Position numbers and translations under genes: made by a program | Source: a virus | IMG/VR virus record: IMGVR_UViG_3300037424_001778 | Location: 109,586-164,882 of that record | Length of the DNA stretch: 55,297 nucleotides | Reading direction: 5' to 3' (one strand) | Part shown: positions 48,199 through 55,297 of the stretch, piece after piece | Layout of the letters: each line of letters starts with the position of its first letter | Numbering within the stretch: position 1 is the first letter of the stretch | Notes under the pieces: generated by a model | What the model was told of the DNA's origin: nothing | What the model saw: only the letters and a program-made list of their open reading frames with translations | Database searches by the model: none

Positions 48199-48698
48199 GC
48201 ATTGCCGATTTGCAGCCTGGCCCCGAGCTTCCTTCCAATCTAGGTGGAATGCTTACCCGGGACTACGGCCACTTGTTGCCTCCCAAGTGTTCGGATTCAT
48301 ACAAACTGTACGCCGAACATTGGCCCCAAGAGCCTCATTCCCTATACGTTAGGCTCGTGTCCAAGCGTACGGGCGACAAGGTTGGTCGCATAGATGCTGG
48401 GGTGAGCCGAACCGGCACGGGCGATAGGGCCATTGTAATCAGCACCAGCGAGATGTATCACGCGCGCCAAAGAGGCAAGGGTCTAGGTAAGGCAATGTAC
48501 GAGGCCCTATTCGCCCACGGCTACCACTGTATGGGCCTCAAGTACGTCCAAGGGTTCAACCACAGCTCCATGGCCCGTAACGTGCATGAGTCGCTCTGTC
48601 GCAAGCACGGATTCACAGGCTACGACCCAGACCAGGTCGGGAAAGTCAAGGGCCCGCTCGACAATGCTTTTGATGAATATTGCTACCGATTGCGATGA
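48195..48698 (+). CDS. GNAT acetyltransferase-like protein, paralog of the upstream GNAT domain
   Basis: RQRGKGLGKAMYEAL. Confidence 0.75.
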   Translation: MSIADLQPGPELPSNLGGMLTRDYGHLLPPKCSDSYKLYAEHWPQEPHSLYVRLVSKRTGDKVGRIDAGVSRTGTGDRAIVISTSEMYHARQRGKGLGKAMYEALFAHGYHCMGLKYVQGFNHSSMARNVHESLCRKHGFTGYDPDQVGKVKGPLDNAFDEYCYRLR

Positions 48699-48938
48699 TA
48701 CATTCTTGTTGCTTCTGGGGCTGCCCGGTCGTATAATCTCTATCTCGAGGTGCAACATGGGTTGGAACTTTATCCTGCAGCAGCGTCAGTATAATTGCGA
48801 ACTTTGGACCTGCATTTCGGTAGACTACAACCAGAAGCTAGTCAAGGCGTTGGACGGTCAAGGCCATGAGCACTTTTTTAGTTGGGACACCTGGCAGAAA
48901 TTTCCCTTGCTATCGGTCTAATCTGTAATCTACCGTAG

Positions 48939-51254
48939 GTGGATACAGGCCTTGAACCAGACGGAGTCGAGCGACTATTGGGTGTTGATGACCCCATAGA
49001 GCGTAAACTCGCCCTCAAATCCAAAGCTGTGGGGCCCTACCACTTGCGAGCGGCGCTTGCTGATGAGGACCCTGACGTCAGAGAAGCCGCCGCGCTCCAT
49101 CCAGCCCTCACTCCTGAGCTTCAGACAGAAATCCTCCGTGGCGATGACCGCTGGCTGGCTCATACGCTGCTGACCCGTCCCGACCTAGCACCTAGCGTTC
49201 TAGATGCAGCCATGGAGCACCCAGACCTCCACGATGCCATCGCCGACCATCCCTCCCTCACCGTAGAGCAGCGCGCCAAGCTGCAAAACCACCCAGAAAT
49301 CTCGCAAGGCCTCCAGAACGTACTGGCAAAAACAGAGCTAGCCAAAAACATCGGCTTCGTGACCTTCCCCAAGCTCGACAGCGACGCCCTCCGAAATCAA
49401 GGCACGTATTTTCCGAAGAGTTATTCTAAATACGTGAAGGGCGTAACTGGCCTCGCTCCCCACACTGGAGATATGGGCACCACCAGTTCTACCCAGCTCA
49501 GGGGTAGCGGCGAGCTCCCAGCCCGTCGCCAAAGGATGATTCTCCTTGCTCGCCGCCCCAAGCCCGTCGACCGCATGACGGGCGACACCCAGGGCGCCGA
49601 TTCTATCCGCCAGCATCTTTTCGGGGACCAGCCGTCCGACCGCAAAGAACAGCTCAAGGTTCTCCCAGCCCAGATGAAAACGGCTCGAGACCTACTGCCG
49701 GGTAAGCTGGCCAATGCTACCGAAGCCCACGAGGTCCAACACGGCATCTTTGGGCGTCTCGGACAAAAGTACGGTGGCGCAAATCGCCGCAAAATAGCCG
49801 CCGCCCTTCTCGCCAAATTGCCAGACGAAGTGCGCGACCCACTATTCAACACCTTCAATACTTTTTCTGGCGGATATCATCCATTGGAGTGGGGCGAAGA
49901 GCAAATTGCCTTCGCTCACAACTATTTGATGGACCCCAACCATCGAGCCAAAGTTCACATCCGTCTGGGTATTCACAACGACGTCAAAGCCCAGCACGCA
50001 CTGCAAAACTCAGCGCGCAAGGCATGGCAACACATGCAGCGTGCCGCGTTGCACCTGACCCCAGAAGAGCTAGGGCTACCTCCCCAGAAGAGCGAAGGCG
50101 AAGCTCTGGCCGAATACGCCAAGCGCCTAGCTAAGGCACGCCAAAGCAGCACCGATGGCATTGCAGACCACCTCGGCTTCAACCATCGCCAATCGTGTCT
50201 AGTTGAAGCCGCAACTTTTCTTTCAGGCCGCCCTGTCGACCCCCACATCTTTCGTGCTCGTCTAGCTGAAACTGGCGACGACATCGAAGCCGTGCTTCAA
50301 GCTGCCGGCCTGACCTCACAAGACAAAGATGCACTGGTCGGGGTGCTGGCTCTTACTGACTTGAGCAAGAGCGACGCTGCGTCGTTGCCGAAATCCATCA
50401 AGCCTATGGTGCCATCAGCCAAAGAGCTAGCAGAGGACCTACAGTGGTCCGTCGACAGCGCTCGTATCGAAGAGGTCCACCTAAGCGGCAAACACTCTAA
50501 GGGCACTTTGCTGGCTCACGACAAAGACGACAACATGTATTTGCTCAAGCCTGGCTCTAGCAAGAACTCGCCAGCCTTGGGTGTAGACGAAGAACCAGCA
50601 TCCCAATCTCGCCGTGAAGCCGCCTTTTCTGCTGTAGCTAAGAGTTGGGGTGTAGTCGATGTGCCGTACGCAGACTTGGTGTCTGTTGACGGCAAAGAAG
50701 TAGCTGCCATTCGTATGCTGGGGCTAGACTATACGGGCCTCGCCCGAGCTGCCCAAAAGGACCCCGCGTTGCCTCGTCGCGTCATTAGGCCATACTTTGA
50801 CGACGGCAAGATTTTTCGCTGGAGTGTGTTAGATGGCGTGCTGGCCAGCGTAGATAGACATGGCAACAACATAATGGTAAACGACGAGGGCCAACTGGCT
50901 CTTATTGACCACGGTTCTACCTTTGCCGGGTTTTCTTTCAATCCAGGCAACGATGACAACTCTTTCGTCCCATACTACCTACGTATCTGGGGCCCCGACA
51001 AAGGTTGGAACAAGCTGTCCAAAGAGCAACAGCTAGCCTCGCTCCCACGACTCCCCGAAGCGATGGATGAAGCACTGAAGGAATGGGTCCTACAGCTCGA
51101 CGGGCACGCCCTGTCTGAAGTACTTCTTCGCTATGGAATCAATCCGGCCCCATCGGTAGCACGCCTGGGGAAGGTTCAAGCTTTGGCCAAACAGGCTGCC
51201 AACCTGAGCGTCGACCTGAACAGGATGTGGACTGGATTGGATTCGTGGAGCTGA
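48939..51254 (+). CDS. Polyprotein: HEAT repeats, HExxH zincin-like domain, PI3/4K-HipA-like kinase
   Basis: ALADEDPDVREAAA; EAHEVQHG..E; YLLKP..SRREAA..VDRHGNNIM..LIDHG. Confidence 0.75.
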   Translation: MDTGLEPDGVERLLGVDDPIERKLALKSKAVGPYHLRAALADEDPDVREAAALHPALTPELQTEILRGDDRWLAHTLLTRPDLAPSVLDAAMEHPDLHDAIADHPSLTVEQRAKLQNHPEISQGLQNVLAKTELAKNIGFVTFPKLDSDALRNQGTYFPKSYSKYVKGVTGLAPHTGDMGTTSSTQLRGSGELPARRQRMILLARRPKPVDRMTGDTQGADSIRQHLFGDQPSDRKEQLKVLPAQMKTARDLLPGKLANATEAHEVQHGIFGRLGQKYGGANRRKIAAALLAKLPDEVRDPLFNTFNTFSGGYHPLEWGEEQIAFAHNYLMDPNHRAKVHIRLGIHNDVKAQHALQNSARKAWQHMQRAALHLTPEELGLPPQKSEGEALAEYAKRLAKARQSSTDGIADHLGFNHRQSCLVEAATFLSGRPVDPHIFRARLAETGDDIEAVLQAAGLTSQDKDALVGVLALTDLSKSDAASLPKSIKPMVPSAKELAEDLQWSVDSARIEEVHLSGKHSKGTLLAHDKDDNMYLLKPGSSKNSPALGVDEEPASQSRREAAFSAVAKSWGVVDVPYADLVSVDGKEVAAIRMLGLDYTGLARAAQKDPALPRRVIRPYFDDGKIFRWSVLDGVLASVDRHGNNIMVNDEGQLALIDHGSTFAGFSFNPGNDDNSFVPYYLRIWGPDKGWNKLSKEQQLASLPRLPEAMDEALKEWVLQLDGHALSEVLLRYGINPAPSVARLGKVQALAKQAANLSVDLNRMWTGLDSWS

Positions 51255-51409
51255 CTCAGCGCTCATCGCAAACGAACTCTTCGTCGGGGGAGCAGTGCAT
51301 ACAGCCCTGGTCTCCCCAGCACGTCGTAATGCTCGTCTTGACGGTTTGCACGAAGGAGAGTCTACTCTTTTCACGCTTCAACGTCAAGCTCATATAATCT
51401 ATCGGGAGA

Positions 51410-52438
51410 ATGAACCGCCCACTAGACTTTCTGACCAACGTGCTGGGAGCCGAAGGGGCCCAAGCCCTGGCCCGTGCCGCGCAACGTGAGCCCATCCTAG
51501 AGAATCTGTTGGTGCCGCGCGCCGCGTATTCATGGGTACAAAATACCGCCAGCTTCAGTGGGCACCTTCCCGGCACTGAGACCGTCCTTGAATTCCAGAA
51601 GTCGGAAAAGGGTGTAACAGGCAACATCGACCTAGATGGCACCAAATTTGAATTCGCCGACCAAACCCTCGAGCACCTAGCTGCAGTTATTTCAGCTGCG
51701 GTCGGAGTGAACACAGTCCCTAATTCACCTCGAGACGGAACGCTAGTCAAGCTCGGCAAGTCAATTGACACCCTGGTCAAAGTCCAACTAGCCAAGAAGA
51801 TTCTGGACCCCAACCTCGGCTACCAAATCACCCATGAGCACCACGACCTCGGCGACGGCGAAAGGCTCACCCAAATAAACGCCATGCATGGAGGCAAGCG
51901 GGTCGGTTGGGCACTTATGACCCATCAAGGTGCGACCTTGCACCCAGACGATGTCAACGTGGACCTAGTCCACCGCCGCAACGGTCTAGCCAGCGCCATG
52001 TACGCTCACGCCGAAAAGGTAACAGGCAAGACCATCAAACCCTCCCAAGCCCAACAGGCCCCAGGCCAAGCACTATGGGCAGGCAACGCTGCCAATCCAC
52101 AGTTCGGCAAGACAGAGCTACCTGGGCAAACAGCCAAGCCTCAAATGCAGCAGGGCCCACTAGAAGCCGAAGCCCCCAAAAAACAGCCAAAGATGCAACG
52201 ACCTCCCAAGCTCCCCAAGATGCCCTCCCTCAAGGTCGAGAAGTCAGAAATGACCCGTACGTGCCCTGATTGCGAAGGCAAGTATTTCGATGGCAACCGA
52301 TTCAAGGGCTGTACGTGCTACCGAGACCTAGCTAAGTCTGTCACCACAACCGTCTTCAACGATGGAGTGGTACTTGAATTCGGCCCAGAGTTTGACCGAA
52401 CCGAATTCATGGGACTGCGCAAGGCCTTGAAGGATTAA
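51410..52438 (+). CDS. Protein with an internal GNAT domain and a C-terminal Zn ribbon
   Basis: VNVDLVHRRNGLASAMY; CPDC..CTC; TAATCT upstream. Confidence 0.7.
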   Translation: MNRPLDFLTNVLGAEGAQALARAAQREPILENLLVPRAAYSWVQNTASFSGHLPGTETVLEFQKSEKGVTGNIDLDGTKFEFADQTLEHLAAVISAAVGVNTVPNSPRDGTLVKLGKSIDTLVKVQLAKKILDPNLGYQITHEHHDLGDGERLTQINAMHGGKRVGWALMTHQGATLHPDDVNVDLVHRRNGLASAMYAHAEKVTGKTIKPSQAQQAPGQALWAGNAANPQFGKTELPGQTAKPQMQQGPLEAEAPKKQPKMQRPPKLPKMPSLKVEKSEMTRTCPDCEGKYFDGNRFKGCTCYRDLAKSVTTTVFNDGVVLEFGPEFDRTEFMGLRKALKD

Positions 52439-52953
52439 CCTGCGTTTCCCAGGGCTTTTGCAATGTCAGTCCACAAAATCATCGAACGGATGGCGGCGCA
52501 AACTTGACGGTCGTACTCGGCCCACAGCTGGTCGACCTGACGGTCGTACTCGGCCCGCAGCGGCTTGACCTGACGGTCGTACTCGGCCCACAGCTGGGCG
52601 ACCTGACGGTCGTACTCGGCCCACAGCTGGGCGACCTGACGGTCGTACTCGGCCCACAGCTGGTCGACCTGACGGTTGCACTCGGCCCACAGCTGGTCGA
52701 CCTGACGGTCGTACTCGGCCCGCAGCTGGTCGACTTGACGGTCGTACTTGGGCCGCAGCTGGTCGACCTGACGGTTGCACTTGGCCCAGTCGAAAGAGAC
52801 ATTCGACTCGCGAATCAGAAACTCCAGCCAATCCTTACGGTTGCATTTATTCCACAGCTCTTCGGGAGTACCTGGGGTAGTTCGGACCCAATCAAGAGCT
52901 TCGTTGCAAGCGTCGATTTGAATCAGCGTCTGGATGAATTGTTCGTTGGTCAT
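52435..52953 (-). CDS. Repeat protein with 11-aa AEYDRQVDQLW units
   Basis: TTGACA-17-TACATA-6-ATG start; N-terminal DACNEALDW..LWNKC..DWLEFL. Confidence 0.75.
   Translation of the reverse strand: MTNEQFIQTLIQIDACNEALDWVRTTPGTPEELWNKCNRKDWLEFLIRESNVSFDWAKCNRQVDQLRPKYDRQVDQLRAEYDRQVDQLWAECNRQVDQLWAEYDRQVAQLWAEYDRQVAQLWAEYDRQVKPLRAEYDRQVDQLWAEYDRQVCAAIRSMILWTDIAKALGNAG
52504..52790 (-). repeat. 33-bp coding tandem repeat (about 9 units)
   Basis: ctgacggtcgtactcggcccacagctggtcgac units without spacers. Confidence 0.9.
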
Positions 52954-52984
52954 GGTGGATATGTACCGTATTCGGGGTGAGATG

Positions 52985-53189
52985 TCAACTCCAAAAATCA
53001 ATTCCAGGAAAATCTTGCCGAGCCTCCAAGAGAGCGTTTTCAGCCTTCTTGTATTCTCGCGTCAGCTTTTTGATTTCGGCCGGCGTTGAAGAAAACCGGA
53101 GTTTTGCGTGGCACAGGGCGGTGAAGGTTTCTTTCTTGGCTTGGTACAGACCGCGAAGCAAAAGGAGAGCCGCTTGTTCGTCCATGTCC
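52985..53189 (-). CDS. Hypothetical protein (start approximate)
   Basis: MDMDEQAALLLL...; helical ORF. Confidence 0.4.
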
Positions 53190-53326
53190 ATCCTTATGTC
53201 ACACCCCAACCAAGGTGTCAACCGCAATAATCTGACCAGTATTATTAACGCCAATGTCGAAGGTAAAATTACAGCGGCCCTAAAAAGCCTGAACCCGAAC
53301 GCAACGGCCAAAGAGAGTTAACCCAA

Positions 53327-54205
53327 GTGTCCAAAGACCAATTCGTAGAGTGGGCCGAAATCGAAATGCCTTCTACCCAGGTATCATTCGACATCGATGC
53401 CTTCGATGAAGCCATCCGTGGACATGGAGTCAAGTTCGTACACTACGCGGCTCTACCTTGCCCAGTAGGTATGACCGACCTTGATGACAACCGACGCCCA
53501 CACCCAGACCACCAGGGTTGCACGAACGGATTTATCTATTCCAAGGTCGGATGTATAACTGGACTCTTCACCGGAAACTCTAAGCACAAGACCCCAGACG
53601 AAATGGGTTTTTGGGATGCGTCCACCGTCAGTGTCAGCTTCCCTAGGTTCTATGATGGTTGCGACAAGCCCCTATACGTGGCTCCTTACGACCGCTTCTA
53701 CCTCGATGAGTGTGAACTAAATGTCGTCACTTGGCAACGGTTCATCCATTCTGAGAATACCATAGACCGTCTCAAGTATCCAGTGGTAGAGGTCATTCGA
53801 CTCATCGACAACACTGGGCTCATCTACAATCAGGGCGACGACTTCGTAATCGAACAAGGGGCTATCAAGTGGGTTGGTAGCCAACCCGTTCCTAGCATGG
53901 ACATCGGACCAGGTCTAGATGGCTCTGTCGTCGACCGTGGTGCGGTATGTGCGTGTAGGTACACTTACCGACCTTACTTCTATGTGGGCCAAATGATGCA
54001 CGAACTCAGAGTGGCACGTATGGTGGAATCGCCTAAGGGCGCACACATGGAACGCATGCCGCAACAAGTTCTCCTACACAGGGAGTATGTCGTTAATACC
54101 AAAGACCAACAACCTCCTGGAAGTGTTGGTCCAGGTATTGACGCTGATGCCATGCGTACTGTCACCGCAGCTATGAACGGTGGAGGTAGCTTTGGTGCTA
54201 GGTAA
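53327..54205 (+). CDS. Putative head-closure / neck protein
   Basis: FDEAIRGHG..AALPCP..CTNGFIY..PYDRF, similar to Herelleviridae head completion proteins. Confidence 0.6.
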   Translation: MSKDQFVEWAEIEMPSTQVSFDIDAFDEAIRGHGVKFVHYAALPCPVGMTDLDDNRRPHPDHQGCTNGFIYSKVGCITGLFTGNSKHKTPDEMGFWDASTVSVSFPRFYDGCDKPLYVAPYDRFYLDECELNVVTWQRFIHSENTIDRLKYPVVEVIRLIDNTGLIYNQGDDFVIEQGAIKWVGSQPVPSMDIGPGLDGSVVDRGAVCACRYTYRPYFYVGQMMHELRVARMVESPKGAHMERMPQQVLLHREYVVNTKDQQPPGSVGPGIDADAMRTVTAAMNGGGSFGAR

Positions 54206-54221
54206 GTGGTAAGATGTTTGG

Positions 54222-54332
54222 ATGTCATCTAGAGTCAGAGCACTGCTCGTTTATGGTTTGGTCGACCCTCGCACCCAAGACGTGAGGTACATCGGCAAAA
54301 GTACTACAGGCCTGAGCAGAGTCCGAAGGTGA
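54222..54332 (+). pseudogene. Truncated GIY-YIG endonuclease
   Basis: LVYGLVDPRTQDVRYIGKSTTGL followed by a stop after 36 aa; paralog of 18998. Confidence 0.75.
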
Positions 54333-54474
54333 CGTCAAGCGCCCTCCAGGGATTCCCCTAGGCCCAAAACGACCCTGTTTCGGGCTTCTGCAAAAGCTAA
54401 GTGCTTAGAATCCTTAAGCAGGACCCCAGGCACTATGGAAAGCCCCAGTCCGAAACCTTCAACCGCGCTCTCGC

Positions 54475-54654
54475 TTACTGCTCGTCATCCCTCTTTGAGA
54501 TTCGCTCGAGAATTTCGCGGGCAAATGCCCGGCTCTCGTTGGCAAACTCACTCTTCATGCGCATGTGGGCGATAGGGGAGTCGAAAGCACTCAACATCTG
54601 GCGGACGGCGTCCTTGAGTTCTTCTTTATCTGCCTTCAACTGGTCGGCGTTCAC
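54475..54654 (-). CDS. Hypothetical protein
   Basis: Repeated promoter plus AAGGAGA RBS and a GTG start. Confidence 0.55.
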   Translation of the reverse strand: MNADQLKADKEELKDAVRQMLSAFDSPIAHMRMKSEFANESRAFAREILERISKRDDEQ

Positions 54655-54714
54655 GGTGTTTCTCCTTGGTATGGATATCTATATGCCAGAGTCAGGACTA
54701 GATGTCAAGAGCCT

Positions 54715-54915
54715 TCAGCAAGTACAATCTTTGAGGGGATACTCGCAACTACCGATATGTCCGTCCTCTCGAGAGGGAGCGCGGAGCGCAGAGCGCAGCA
54801 AAATGGCGTCCTCAGGACTGCATGACGTCTCACCATGGTCCGTTTGCAGTGAGTACGCAATCGTTTCTTTGCCGTTGCTTAGATTCAACACTACCGTTGT
54901 AATTAGATTCACCAT
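54715..54915 (-). CDS. Hypothetical protein
   Basis: GAGGTGG RBS. Confidence 0.45.
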   Translation of the reverse strand: MVNLITTVVLNLSNGKETIAYSLQTDHGETSCSPEDAILLRSALRAPSREDGHIGSCEYPLKDCTC

Positions 54916-55297
54916 GATTCGTCCACCTCAGTCAAAAAAGTCGCTACCGTGTTTGGTACAGATGTGTTCCCGGATGCCCTCGAGCAGGTCGTCGATATCC
55001 CTCACCTTAACTGTCTCAGCAGCCTGGCACCTGACGATGAGGACGCAGCGGATTCGATGATGGCTGGGTACTTGTCGTTGTAGTTCATGGCCTATGCTCC
55101 CGACTTGTAGATGATTTCGCACTTGGTTAGAAATTGAGCCAGTGACGTTACCCCACGGGGCCGCTCTCAGCTAGGGGAAAATCTCAATCGTGGTGGGTCC
55201 AGCAACGCCGATTAATTTCGGCGAACACCGCAGCGAGGGCTCCAGCCTTGGGCTCCAGCCTCTCGGCGTAGTGAGAGTCGTTCACTTCGTTGGCGAG

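Noticed and set aside
52504-52790. CRISPR array
   Set aside because: The 33-bp units are contiguous with no unique spacers and encode an in-frame peptide repeat; no cas genes are present.
54401-55060. 219-aa plus-strand ORF
   Set aside because: It is antisense to small minus-strand genes with RBS/promoter and has no recognisable motifs.
1-55297. Stop-codon reassignment
   Set aside because: Long genes are intact in the standard code, and TAA, TAG and TGA all terminate genes.

Overview
A 55 kb fragment of a large tailed dsDNA phage genome (standard code, mostly + strand). It carries the DNA-packaging and head module: putative small terminase, intein-bearing large terminase, portal, MuF-like head protein, prohead protease, scaffold, a Herelleviridae (A511/Twort)-like major capsid protein and neck proteins. 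It also has an SF2 helicase, an intein-bearing sigma factor, an Mre11-like phosphoesterase, ThyX, a 5'-nucleotidase, tRNAs and about ten homing-type endonucleases. Five observations stand out. (1) The sigma-factor intein has no in-frame endonuclease; instead a complete Vsr/DUF559-like endonuclease gene is overprinted in the +1 frame across 939 dual-coding nt. (2) Several large proteins string together enzyme domains (HhH glycosylase-like, ART-like, PI3/4K-HipA-like kinase, GGDEF, Nudix, ParB, GNAT, zincin, lytic transglycosylase) separated by a recurrent hydrophobic-x-K|S/A motif that matches the predicted capsid maturation site, suggesting capsid-packaged, protease-released effector cargo. 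(3) The prohead protease polyprotein contains an internal copy of the capsid protein N-terminal arm. (4) A cluster of tRNA-shaped RNAs has anticodon arms replaced by other structures. (5) Promoters fall into two classes: sigma70-type leaderless promoters for small genes and a TAATCT motif before structural genes. All family assignments come from motifs read by eye; no searches were run.
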